A stretch of 64,000 bases of DNA. It comes from Alphaproteobacteria bacterium. GTDB lineage: Bacteria; Pseudomonadota; Alphaproteobacteria; GCA-2731375. The stretch lies in contig CBDDBZ010000030.1 in NCBI GenBank assembly GCA_965225945.1, forward strand, positions 96,001 through 160,000, written 5' to 3'. A model generated the notes under the pieces. That model saw only the letters and a list, made by a program, of their open reading frames with translations. It had not been told where the DNA came from and searched no databases. Both the position numbers and the translations under genes were made by a program. This document shows, one piece after another, positions 20,832-31,755 of this stretch (position 1 is the stretch's first letter; each line of letters begins with the position of its first letter).

Positions 20832-22053
20832 GCCCGAGGTCAGACGCCTGGCGCCCCGACCGCTGGCGCTCCACATGGCGGCGGCGGTCACCACCGGCTT
20901 CGGCGCGCTGGCAGCGCTGCCGGCGGCCCGCGCCGGACTGCTGCCCTGGGCGCCGGCGCTCGATGGCGAGGCGGGCGAACTCACGCCCGAGCTCCGGGCG
21001 GCGGCGCCCGAGGCCTTGGCGGCGGCGGTGGCGGCGGCCCTCGAGCGGCGGCTTCACCGCTTCATGGCCGGCATCGAGGCCTACCGCGCACACCCCTACG
21101 CCCGCGCAATCCGACCGCCGAAGGTCGCCTGGCGCGAGGGCACGACGCGGCTGCTCGACTTCGGTCCGGTCGAGGGCGGGGCCGAGGGCGCGGCGCTGCT
21201 GTTCGTGCCCTCGCTGATCAACCGCTACTACGTTCTCGACCTGATGGCGGAATCGAGCCTGGTCCGCTGGCTGGCCTCGGCCGGGCGGCGCGTCCTGGTG
21301 GTGGATTGGGACGCCCCCGGCGAGGTGGAGCGCAATTTCACCGTGGCAGACTATGTGACCGGGCGGCTCGAGCGCTTGCTCGACGCCGCCCTCGAGCTGG
21401 CCGGGGGACCGCCGGTGCTCGCCGGCTATTGCCTGGGCGGCACGCTTTCGCTCGGCTTGGCGAGCCGGCGGGCGGGCGACCTCGCCGGCCTGGCGCTGCT
21501 GGCGGCGCCCTGGGATTTCCACGCCGGGCGCGACGGCCAGAGCCGGCTCTTCCTCGCCGCCGAGGGCCTGATCGACGGCCTGTCGGCGGGTTTCGGCGAA
21601 CTACCGGTGGACGTGCTGCAGGCGCTCTTCGCCGGGCTCGACCCCAACCTCGCCAGCCGCAAGTTCCGCCGTTTCGCCACCTTGGCGCCGGAGAGCCCGG
21701 CGGCGCGACGCTTCGTCGCCTTGGAGGATTGGCTGAACGACGGCGTGCCGGTCGCCGCCGCCGTCGCGCGGGAATGCCTGCTCGATTGGTACGGCGCCAA
21801 CCTGCCGGCCCGCGGTCTGTGGCGGCTGGCCGGCCATCCCGTCCGCCCGGAGGCGCTGGACCTGCCGGCGTTCGTCGCCATACCGGGCGAGGACAGAATC
21901 GTCCCGCCCGCGTCCGCCGAGGCCATATTGGCGGCACTGCCGGAGGCCCGAGTGGTGCGGCCCCGGGCCGGTCACATCGGCATGATGGTCGGCGGCCGGG
22001 CCGAGCGGGGCCTCTGGCGGCCGCTGCTCGACTGGCTCGGGGAGCTTGCCTGA
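20809..22053 (+). CDS. PHA synthase-like alpha/beta hydrolase (short PhaC type)
   Basis: VPSLINRYYVLDL, GYCLGG (catalytic Cys), EDRIVP, GHIG; lies between phaR and phaAB. Confidence 0.82.
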   Translation: MKASGTTEPEVRRLAPRPLALHMAAAVTTGFGALAALPAARAGLLPWAPALDGEAGELTPELRAAAPEALAAAVAAALERRLHRFMAGIEAYRAHPYARAIRPPKVAWREGTTRLLDFGPVEGGAEGAALLFVPSLINRYYVLDLMAESSLVRWLASAGRRVLVVDWDAPGEVERNFTVADYVTGRLERLLDAALELAGGPPVLAGYCLGGTLSLGLASRRAGDLAGLALLAAPWDFHAGRDGQSRLFLAAEGLIDGLSAGFGELPVDVLQALFAGLDPNLASRKFRRFATLAPESPAARRFVALEDWLNDGVPVAAAVARECLLDWYGANLPARGLWRLAGHPVRPEALDLPAFVAIPGEDRIVPPASAEAILAALPEARVVRPRAGHIGMMVGGRAERGLWRPLLDWLGELA

Positions 22054-22072
22054 GGCGCTATCCGCACGTATG

Positions 22073-22087
22073 TTGTGCAGTGCACAA
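22073..22087. promoter_or_regulatory. Putative PhaR operator
   Basis: Perfect inverted repeat TTGTGCA-G-TGCACAA upstream of phaA, resembling TGC-N3-GCA PhaR boxes. Confidence 0.6.
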
Positions 22088-22136
22088 TAAGGCCTGATCG
22101 GCGGGCCGAAACCATCCGGAAGTCGAGACCGACGCC

Positions 22137-23315
<1,179 letters not shown>

Positions 23316-23390
23316 CGGGGGAGCGGGGGAGCGGGTGGCCAGGCGATTCCGCGGGCGCGGATCATGGGGGAAGCAATCGAGGAGAGGGAC

Positions 23391-24113
23391 ATGACCAGGG
23401 TCGCGATCGTCACCGGTGGCACGCGGGGAATTGGGCGCGCCATCTGCGAGGCGCTAAAGGCGGCGGGCCACCGCGTGGCGGCGAATTACGCCGGCAACGA
23501 CGAGGCCGCGGGCCGCTGCACCGAGGAAGTGGAGATACCGTGCTTCAAGTTCGACGTTTCCGACTACGACGCCTGTCAGGCCGGCGTCCGGGCGGTGGCC
23601 GACGCGCTGGGGCCGGTCGACATCCTGGTCAACAATGCCGGCATCACGCGGGACGGCACGATCATGAAAATGAGCGCCGAGGACTGGCGCGCGGTGATCG
23701 ACACCAACCTCGGCTCCTGCTTCAACATGGCCAAGGCGGTGTTTCCGGGCATGCGTGATCGCCGTTTCGGTCGGATCGTCAACATCGGCTCGATCAACGG
23801 CCAGGCCGGCCAGTATGGCCAGGTCAACTATGCCGCGGCCAAATCGGGCATTCACGGCTTCACCAAAGCCCTGGCGCAGGAGGGCGCGCGCCACGACATC
23901 ACCGTCAACGCCATCGCGCCGGGCTATATCGACACCGACATGGTGGCCGCCGTGCCACCCCAGGTGCTGGAGAAGATCGTCGCCCGGGTGCCGGTCGCGC
24001 GCTTGGGCCAGGCCGAGGAGATCGCCCGGGGCGTGTTGTTCCTGGTCTCCGACGAGGCTGGCTTCGTCACCGGCTCCACTATGTCGATCAACGGCGGCCA
24101 GCACATGTATTGA
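23391..24113 (+). CDS. phaB: Acetoacetyl-CoA reductase
   Basis: TGGTRGIG, NNAGITRD, GQVNYAAAK, NGGQHMY. Confidence 0.95.
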   Translation: MTRVAIVTGGTRGIGRAICEALKAAGHRVAANYAGNDEAAGRCTEEVEIPCFKFDVSDYDACQAGVRAVADALGPVDILVNNAGITRDGTIMKMSAEDWRAVIDTNLGSCFNMAKAVFPGMRDRRFGRIVNIGSINGQAGQYGQVNYAAAKSGIHGFTKALAQEGARHDITVNAIAPGYIDTDMVAAVPPQVLEKIVARVPVARLGQAEEIARGVLFLVSDEAGFVTGSTMSINGGQHMY

Positions 24114-24131
24114 TGGGCGCGCGCGTGCAGC

Positions 24132-25841
24132 TCACCCAGCCCCCTCGCTCCGCCCGCCGCCGGGGCGCGAGACGCGGATCGCGCGGCTCAGCAGGATGAC
24201 CGGCACGATCCCCACCACCACGATCGAGAGCGCCCACAGACCGCACTCCTCGAAGCGCTCGTCGCTGGCGTATTCGTAAATTCGCGTCGCCAGGGTCGAG
24301 AAGTCGAAGGGCCTGAGGATCAGGGTCGCCGGCAGCTCCTTCATCACGTCGACGAAGACCAGCAGCGCCGCCGTCAGCACCCCGCCCCGAATGATCGGCA
24401 GGTGCACCGAGACCAGCGTGGCGGCGAGCCCGCGCCCCAGCGTGCGCGAGGCACCGTCCATGGACTGGGTGACGCGCCCGAGGCTCGCCTCGATGGTGCC
24501 GAAAGAGAGCGCCAGGAAGCGCACCAGATAGGCGAAGCCGACGGCGACGACGGTGCCGCTCAGCACCAGGCCGAAGGTGATGTCGAGAAAGCGTTCGCCG
24601 AGCGCGTTCAGCGCGTGGTCGGCCCAGGCGAAGGGGATCAGCACGCCGACGGCGATGATCGAGCCGGGGACCGCGTAGCCGGTGCTGGCGAACCTGACGG
24701 CGAGCGTCAGCACCCGCCCACCGGCGATCCGCATGGCGTAGGCGAGATAGAGCCCCAGCGCCACCGCCAACGCCGCCGCGCCCGCCGCCAGCGCCAGCGT
24801 CGTCGCGACGTCGGAGAGATAGTCCTCGAAGCGCGCCAGCCCCAGCGATGCAAGCGCCCAGCCCGCCAGCACACACGCCGGCAGGGCGAAACCGAACAGC
24901 AGCGGCGCCAGGCAGGCGAGATGCGCGGCGACGGCCCGCCCGCCCCGCAAGCGGTAGCCGGGGAGTTCGCGGTAGCGCCGCGAGGTCTGGTGATAGTGCC
25001 GGTCGCGGCGCGAATAGCGCTCCAGGGCCAGCACGGCGAGGACGAAGATCAACAGCAGGCTGGCCAACTGCGCTGCCGCCGGCGCGTTGTGCATGCCGAG
25101 CCAGACGTCGTAGATCCCGGTGGTGAAGGTGGCGACGGCGAATTGCTGGACGGCGCCGAAATCGTTCAGCACCTCCATCAACGCCAGCGCCACGCCGATG
25201 GCGATCGCCGGGCGGGCGAGCGGCAGCGCGGTGGTGAGGAAGGAGCGCCAGGGCCCCCGGCCGAGGGTGCGGCTGACCTCGAGGGCACCGACCGACTGGT
25301 CGAGGAAGGCGGCCCGGGCCAGCAGGAAGACATAGGGGTAGAGCACCAGGGTCAGCACCACGATGGCGCCGCCGAGCGAACGCACCTCCGGAAACCAGTA
25401 GTCGCGCGGGCCGCCGAGGCCGAACGCGGCGCGGAACGCCCCCTGCAACGGCCCGGCGTATTCCAGCGTCTCGACATAGACGATGGCGATCACGTAGGTC
25501 GGCATCGCCAGCGGCAGCAGCAGCGCCCATTCGAAGACGCGGGCGCCCGGAAAGCGGCACATGGTGGTGAGCCAGGCGGTGCCGACGCCGATCACCACCA
25601 CGCCGAGGCCGACGCCCACCATCAGGCCGGCGGTGTTGGCGACGTAGCGCGCCAGCACCGTCTCGACGAGATGGGCCCAAACGCCGCCGCTCGGCGCCAT
25701 CGCCACCCCGGCGACGGCGATCAGCGGCAGCGCCACCATTAGAGCGACCCCGATGGCGCCGAGGCTCCAGCCGATGCGGCCCACACGCCAGGCCCCGATG
25801 GAGGGCCTGAGTCCCCCGCCCCCTGCCGCCACCACCATCAC
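24132..25841 (-). CDS. Fe3+ ABC transporter permease (FbpB/FutB-like)
   Basis: LPLAMPTYV, LYPYVFL, GYAVPG, MKELPATLILRPF. Confidence 0.9.
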   Translation of the reverse strand: MMVVAAGGGGLRPSIGAWRVGRIGWSLGAIGVALMVALPLIAVAGVAMAPSGGVWAHLVETVLARYVANTAGLMVGVGLGVVVIGVGTAWLTTMCRFPGARVFEWALLLPLAMPTYVIAIVYVETLEYAGPLQGAFRAAFGLGGPRDYWFPEVRSLGGAIVVLTLVLYPYVFLLARAAFLDQSVGALEVSRTLGRGPWRSFLTTALPLARPAIAIGVALALMEVLNDFGAVQQFAVATFTTGIYDVWLGMHNAPAAAQLASLLLIFVLAVLALERYSRRDRHYHQTSRRYRELPGYRLRGGRAVAAHLACLAPLLFGFALPACVLAGWALASLGLARFEDYLSDVATTLALAAGAAALAVALGLYLAYAMRIAGGRVLTLAVRFASTGYAVPGSIIAVGVLIPFAWADHALNALGERFLDITFGLVLSGTVVAVGFAYLVRFLALSFGTIEASLGRVTQSMDGASRTLGRGLAATLVSVHLPIIRGGVLTAALLVFVDVMKELPATLILRPFDFSTLATRIYEYASDERFEECGLWALSIVVVGIVPVILLSRAIRVSRPGGGRSEGAG

Positions 25842-25859
25842 CCCGCCGCCGTGCCCGCG

Positions 25860-27000
25860 CTACTCGAAGCCGACCCGGTCGAACATGCGGAGCGCTTCGG
25901 GCGCCAATTCGGCGATCCGCTGCAGGGCGGTGTCGGTCGGCCCGGAAGCGGCCCCAGGAGGCGACCTCGGAATCCCAGGGTACAGTGGGGTTGACCGGAT
26001 ATTCGTAGTTCGTCGCGGCGTAGATCGCCTGCGCCTTCGGTTCGGCCAGGAACTGCATCAGCCGGCGCGCGGCCTCGGCGTGCGGCGCGCTTCGCATCAT
26101 CGCCATGCCGGAGAGGTTGACATGGGTGCCGCGATCCCCCTCCCCCTGGTTGGGGAAGATCAGCCCGACCGCCGCCGCCCAAGCCTTCTGCTCGGGCCGC
26201 TGGTGGTTGAATTTCATCACGCCGTAGTAATAGTGGTTGCCGATCGCGACGTCGCAGAGGCCTTCCTTGATCGCCTTCACCTGACCCCGGTCGCCGCCCT
26301 GCGGCTTGCGCGCCAGGTTGGCGCGAAGGCCGCGCGCCCAGGCCTCCGCCTTTTCCCGCCCCAGCGCGACGATCATCGAGGCCAGCAGCGCCTGGTTGTA
26401 ATAGTGGCGGGAGGAGCGAACGCAGACCCGGCCGCGCCATTTCGGCTCGGCCAGGTCCTCATAGCGGGAGACGGCATCGGGCGCCACGCGATCCTTGGCG
26501 TAGTAGATCACCCGCGCCCGCAGGGTGAGACCGAACCAGAGGTCGCCCGGGTGTCGGTAGGCGGCGGGAACGGCGGCGCGGAGCCGCGCCGAGGGCACCG
26601 GGCGGGCGAGATCGGCGGCGACCAGCGCGTTCAGGCGGGCGATGTCCGAGGTTAGCACCAGATCGGCCGGACTATATCGGCCTTCCGCCTTCAAGCGCTC
26701 GATCATGCCGGTCTTGGCGAAGACCACGTTGACCTCGATGCCGGTCTCGGCGGTGAAGCGCTCGAGCAAGGGGCGGATCAGGAATTCCTGGCGGAAGGAA
26801 TAGATGTTGACTTCCTCGGCCAGGGCCGGCCGGAGGGGGAGAAATATCACCAGTGCCGCGAGCGCCGTCAGCCGGCGCGCGAGCGCGACACGGCCCCGAC
26901 GCTGGCCGCCGCCGCGAAACCCGTCCCACCACGGCGCCGTCCGCCGGCGTCGCGGGGGCGATTTTCCAGCCGTCCTCCCAGGTGGCGAAACCGCCGGCAT
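25860..27000 (-). pseudogene. Fe3+ ABC substrate-binding protein (FbpA/FutA-like) with C-terminal frameshift; start uncertain
   Basis: VNIYSFRQ, SPAD, KPQGGDRGQ, NHYYYG, NYEYPV. A 4-bp duplication at 25932-25939 shifts off the natural end DTALQRIAELAPEALRMFDRVGFE* (TAG 25860). Confidence 0.8.
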
Positions 27001-27034
27001 GTCCCCAGCTCGCATGGTCCGAATTCTCATTGAA

Positions 27035-27057
27035 TTGCGAATGAAAATCATTCGCAA
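27035..27057. promoter_or_regulatory. Putative Fur box
   Basis: Perfect 10-3-10 palindrome TTGCGAATGA-AAA-TCATTCGCAA directly upstream of the iron uptake operon. Confidence 0.75.
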
Positions 27058-28011
27058 ATTGACCAGGCTAAGATATCGCAACCGTTCGGGCGACTTCAAG
27101 GCGAAAGCCGAAAGGCATCGGGCGAGAGATATCGCTCGGTGACGGTCGCCGCCTAGATTTTGATCCCTCGTCGACCGTCTGCCGCTGGGGTGATGTCGTC
27201 GAGAGCCGGTGGGATCTGGTCCGAAGGCCCGGAGCCTCCCCGCTCCAGGTGAGCGATGCCTGCTTCAACGTTTCAACAGCGTCCCCGGCACTTCGCCCAC
27301 CATTCCCAGACCAGCTACGTGGCGATGGCGCCCACGAAACATAAGATCGTATGAAACCCGGGTTCCCCCGCCGCTGTTTCGGTGGCGAAATTCGATAACA
27401 AGGCCCAGCCAGCTGTCCCATTCCCAGCCGAGAATGTCGCCAATTCGCGTCCGCTCGCCAGGCGCCAGCTCTACCTCGCTCGGAGCAGGGCCGTGATGCG
27501 CCGCCGCTCCGCTCGCGTCGTCGACTGTCGTGAAAAAATCAGCCCGAACCGTGGCGATGTAGGTCCGGTCCGAATCATTCTCGAGGTAAATTATCTCGAC
27601 CACGTCGTCAGCGATTCGCGCCTCGACGCCTTGAATTAGGACGGTTGGTAGGTCGTCGCTCAGTCCGGCGGTCCTGCGCCGCCACTCCATCGACTCGTCA
27701 GCGTCTTGCGGGACGACATGGCCTTTTTCGTACATCGAGCCGAGGTTGTTCTGGGCCTCGGCGTCGCCCCGCTCGGCGGCCTTGCTATACCACCTCATTG
27801 CCGCGCCATGGTCCTGCACCACGCCACGGCCATATTCGTACATGACGCCCAGCTGGTTCTGGGCTTCGGCATGACCCGATTCAGCCAAAGAACGAAACCG
27901 CTTTCAGCGGTAGTTCGTGGTGCCGGGCGGTGAGGTCGGTGGCGTAACGGATGGGTCGATCCTGTGTTGAGGTTTGGAGTTCCGAAGCTCACGCAACACG
28001 GGAGCAGACCC

Positions 28012-28917
28012 ATGACCGATAGTGACAAGACCATCAGCCCGCTGCGCCAGCGCATGATCGACGACATGGTGCTTCGCGGCTTCAGTGCCAACACGCAGCG
28101 CGGCTACATCAGTGCGGTGGCCGGCTTTTCCGACTTTCTCGCACGCTCTCCGGATCGGGCGGAGGCGGAGGATCTCAGGCGCTATCAAGTGCATATGCGC
28201 AAAGCAGGCGCATCGGCGACGACGATGAACGCGGCGGTCTCGGCATTGCGGTTCTTCTTCGGCGTCACGCTCGGCCGAGGCGACGCCGAGATCGGCATGA
28301 CGACGGTGGCAATGCCGCGCAAGCTGCCGGTGATCCTGAGCGTCGAGGAAATGGCGCGGCTTCTCGATGCCGCCCCCGGTCCCAAATACAAGGCGGCCTT
28401 TTCGCTGGCCTATGGCGCCGGCCTGCGCGCTTCGGAGGTGGTCCATCTCAAGGTCCCGGACATCGACAGCAACCGCAAGACGCTTCGCATCGAGCAAGGT
28501 AAGGGCCGCCGAGATCGCTACGCCATGCTCTCGGATCGCGCCGTCGAGCAGCTCAGGGTCTGGTGGTTGCTTGGCCGCGCCCGCGGCGTGATGCTGCCCG
28601 GCGGTTGGCTGTTTCCAGGCCAGAACCCGGTCAACCCGTTGACCACCCGCCAGCTCCGTCGCGCCCTCGATGGCGCCAAGGCGGGGGCGGGGATCGAGAA
28701 GCGGATCTCGCTTCACACGCTGCGCCACTGCTTCGCCACCCATCTCCTCGAACAGGGCGTCGACATCCGCGTGATCCAGGTTCTACTGGGGCACAAGAAG
28801 CTGGAGACCACGGCTCACTACACCCAGGTCGCCAGCACCACCTTGCGGCGCGCCAAGAGCCCACTGGACCTGCTCGAGCCGCCGACGCCCAAGACCAAGC
28901 GCAAGCCGCCGAAGTGA
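28012..28917 (+). CDS. Site-specific tyrosine recombinase
   Basis: SPLRQRMIDDM, YGAGLRASE, HTLRHCFATHLLE, LLGH...TTAHY. Confidence 0.93.
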   Translation: MTDSDKTISPLRQRMIDDMVLRGFSANTQRGYISAVAGFSDFLARSPDRAEAEDLRRYQVHMRKAGASATTMNAAVSALRFFFGVTLGRGDAEIGMTTVAMPRKLPVILSVEEMARLLDAAPGPKYKAAFSLAYGAGLRASEVVHLKVPDIDSNRKTLRIEQGKGRRDRYAMLSDRAVEQLRVWWLLGRARGVMLPGGWLFPGQNPVNPLTTRQLRRALDGAKAGAGIEKRISLHTLRHCFATHLLEQGVDIRVIQVLLGHKKLETTAHYTQVASTTLRRAKSPLDLLEPPTPKTKRKPPK

Positions 28918-28930
28918 GCCGGCGGCCTCG

Positions 28931-30145
28931 GTGCCGCGTCCCGCGCTCGAGGTCCAGGACATCTTCCGCGACCACGGGCCCGGCTTCCGTCGGGCCCGGG
29001 CCGGTCGTCTGAGCCTCGGCCAACTGAAGGTCATGTCGGCGATCGAGTGTTGCCGCACCGCCGCGCTCGGCGGTCATGTCGCGGCCTGCGAGGACTGCGG
29101 GCAGAACCACATCGCCTACAATTCCTGTCGCAACCGCCATTGTCCCAAATGCCAAGGCCAGGTCGCGCGCGAATGGCTGGCGGCGCGAGAGGCCGAACTG
29201 CTCTCCGTCCCCTACTACCATCTCGTCTTCACCCTGCCAGCGGCGATCGCCGACATCGCCTATCAGAACAAGTCGGTGATCTACGATATCCTGTTCAAGG
29301 CGAGCGCCGAGACCATGCTCACCATCGCCGCCGATCCCAAGCATCTCGGCGCCAAGATCGGCATCACCGCCGTGCTCCACACCTGGGGCTCGGCCATGAC
29401 CCACCATCCCCACATCCACATGATCGTGCCGGGTGGCGGAATCTCACCTGACGGTAGCAGTTGGATCTCTTGCCGGCCCGGCTTCTTCCTGCCCGTCCGC
29501 GTGCTCTCGCGCCTCTTCCGCCGCCTCTTCATCGAGAAGCTCCTCGCCGCCCACGAGGCAGGGCGCCTGAAGTTCTTCACCGACCACACCAGCCTCGCCG
29601 AGCCGGCGGCCTTCCGTGTCTTCCTCGCACCGATGCGCAAACAAGAATGGGTCGTCTACGCCAAGCCGCCCTTCGGCGGACCAGAGGCCGTGCTCGCCTA
29701 TCTCTCCCGCTACACCCACCGTGTCGCCATCTCGAACAGCCGCCTGGTCAGCTGCGACAGCCAAGGCGTCATCTTCAAGTACAAGGACTACCGGCGCAAA
29801 GGACGCGAGCGCTACAAGACCTTGCCCCTGGCCGTGCCCGAGTTCATCCGCCGCTTCCTCCTCCATGTCCTGCCCTCGGGCTTTCACCGCATCCGCCATT
29901 ACGGCCTCTTCGCCAACGGCGGTCGCACCCGCAACATCTCCCTTGCCCGCGAACTGCTTGCCATGCCGGCACCGGAGAGTGAGGCCGACGATGCCGCGAG
30001 TGACGATGATACCGAACCGCCGTCCCTCTCAGAGCCCTGCCCGCAGTGCGGCGGCCGTATGATCGTCATCGAGCGCTTCGAGGCCGGCGCCCAACCACGC
30101 GCCCCGCCCCGTGCACGGCCCCTGGCCAGGGCCACGGCAGCATGA
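28931..30145 (+). CDS. IS91-family (Y2) transposase
   Basis: CRTAALGG, SCRNRHCPKC, HTWG...HPHIH (HUH), YLSRYTHR, IRHYG. Confidence 0.93.
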   Translation: MPRPALEVQDIFRDHGPGFRRARAGRLSLGQLKVMSAIECCRTAALGGHVAACEDCGQNHIAYNSCRNRHCPKCQGQVAREWLAAREAELLSVPYYHLVFTLPAAIADIAYQNKSVIYDILFKASAETMLTIAADPKHLGAKIGITAVLHTWGSAMTHHPHIHMIVPGGGISPDGSSWISCRPGFFLPVRVLSRLFRRLFIEKLLAAHEAGRLKFFTDHTSLAEPAAFRVFLAPMRKQEWVVYAKPPFGGPEAVLAYLSRYTHRVAISNSRLVSCDSQGVIFKYKDYRRKGRERYKTLPLAVPEFIRRFLLHVLPSGFHRIRHYGLFANGGRTRNISLARELLAMPAPESEADDAASDDDTEPPSLSEPCPQCGGRMIVIERFEAGAQPRAPPRARPLARATAA

Positions 30146-30417
30146 CCGACACCGCTTCGAATAACGCTATTGCCGCCGCTCACCCGCGGCCACGATCCCG
30201 CTCGCCGCAACACCATCGAGCGCGCAGGGAACCACCTGCGAGACCCGCCGGCATCGACCCGAAGTCGCCATCAAACCACCCTGCCGGTGTCGTCGCCAAT
30301 CAGATCCGAGCCATCCAGCAGCGCCGGCCACCCGAGAAAGCTGGCCCGCCGCTCGCAAATCCCCATAGACCGAGCGTGCCGCACCGCCGAGCCTAGTCCT
30401 GCCCGCGGTTTCCTCCC

Positions 30418-30496
30418 TTAAGCGTTGTCCGACACCTGCCGATCCAGTCCGCCGGATGCAACCCCTGCGCCTCGGCAGGTGTCCGACAACGCTTAA
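30418..30496. repeat. 25-bp inverted repeat at the IS91-like right end
   Basis: TTAAGCGTTGTCCGACACCTGCCGA ... TCGGCAGGTGTCCGACAACGCTTAA, one mismatch. Confidence 0.85.
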
Positions 30497-30907
30497 CAAC
30501 GTCGCCATTGGCGCAGCGCCGTTGTGTAGTCGCCCCGGTCGTACGCCTCCCGGGCCTTGTCTTCGTTCCGCGCCGCCAGCCGTAGCCAGGGTGCGATTGC
30601 CCGGGCGATAGCGATGAAATTGCGCATGGCGCGCCCTTCTCACGACGATATGACACGCTCGCGCCAGCCGACCGCTCGCGCCGTTCGTTGTAAGCCGACA
30701 TTCCCCCGATGAGCCGCTTGCGAGCATAAGATTAGCCACTCGGGTACTCGACGGCAATCTGGCGCGGATCGGCAAAAGGTCTCGAACGGGTCATCTCCAG
30801 TATATTAGAGCTTTTAAATGTTATGGGGAGTCTCGGGGTGCGCGAAGTTGGCCATGGCGTCTGATTTCGGATAGCATTTTGCCCAATTATCAAACCCTGG
30901 GGAGAGC

Positions 30908-31135
30908 ATGTTCGAGCCGGGTGCGGAACGGCGGCTGGCAGCCATCGTCGCGATCGATGTTGCCGGATACTCGCGCCTCATGGGCCCCGACGAGGTGGCG
31001 ACGCTTACCACCCTGAAGTCGCACCGGACGGTGACCAACTCGATCAGCGAGAAGCACGGCGGACGTATCGTCGCGGAAGGGCTACCGTTCGAGCAGGCTC
31101 GGCCGCGTTTTCGGCCTCGCCCCCGGCGCCAATGA
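30908..31135 (+). pseudogene. Adenylate/guanylate cyclase N-terminal fragment
   Basis: ERRLAAIVAIDVAGYSRLMG...HGGRIV, then similarity is lost before the GDG motif. Confidence 0.75.
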
Positions 31136-31278
31136 CCGAGCAGCGCGTTCACGAATTCATCGACATCGAACATTTGAGTTGATTCGGTCGCCCGCACCGC
31201 GCATTCTCAAGCATTCGCGCCGTTGCTTGCCGCAGGACCCACGTCAGCCGTTCCTGGCTGCTAGTTGGAGCATCCGAG

Positions 31279-31755
31279 ATGACCATGAGCGTCGCGCCTA
31301 AGCTTCGGAATTGCCTGATCCTCACTGCCGTCCTCTTGGCGGCAAGTTTGGTGCTTATTGCCGCAGCCGGGCCCGCACAGGCCCAGAGCGGCATCATCGC
31401 CGCCGCCGATGCCTACGCCCGCTCACAAGCGGGAGAGCTCATCATTATCGACGTTCGCTCCAGTTATGAATGGCGCCAGACCGGCATCCCGGCCGGGGCT
31501 CGGCTTGCTACCGTCCACAACCGGCAGGGTATCGCCGGCTTCCTCAAGGAAGTCATCGCCATCGCCGCCGACGACAGAAACAAGCCGATCGCCCTGATTT
31601 GTGCCCGCGGAGGGCGTTCGGCGGCCGCCGCAAATTACCTCCGGCAAAAGGGCTTCACGCATGTCTACGATGTGAGCGAGGGCATGTTGGGTCGTGACGA
31701 GCATCCCGGCTGGCTAAAACGCGAGCTGCCGGTCGAACCGTGCGACAATTGCTGA
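31279..31755 (+). CDS. Secreted rhodanese-like domain protein
   Basis: Signal peptide, IIDVRSSYEW, LICARGGRS, GW. Confidence 0.85.
   Translation: MTMSVAPKLRNCLILTAVLLAASLVLIAAAGPAQAQSGIIAAADAYARSQAGELIIIDVRSSYEWRQTGIPAGARLATVHNRQGIAGFLKEVIAIAADDRNKPIALICARGGRSAAAANYLRQKGFTHVYDVSEGMLGRDEHPGWLKRELPVEPCDNC

Larger units (their letters stand above)
27889..30497 (+). mobile_element. IS91-like element carrying a tyrosine recombinase and a Y2 transposase (ends approximate)
   Basis: Integrase-transposase pair bounded by the two halves of the Sel1 gene; terminal hairpins; no clear TSD. Confidence 0.85.
27265..30627 (-). pseudogene. Sel1-repeat protein split by the integrase/IS91 element
   Basis: N-terminal part 30627-30498 reads MRNF...AREAYDRGDYTTALRQWRR; C-terminal part 27888-27265 continues LAESGHAEAQNQLGVMYEYGRGV. 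Confidence 0.8.

Noticed and set aside
24088-27099. 1003-aa ORF as a novel fusion protein
   Set aside because: It is the iron-binding protein reading through a 4-bp frameshift into an off-frame translation of the permease.
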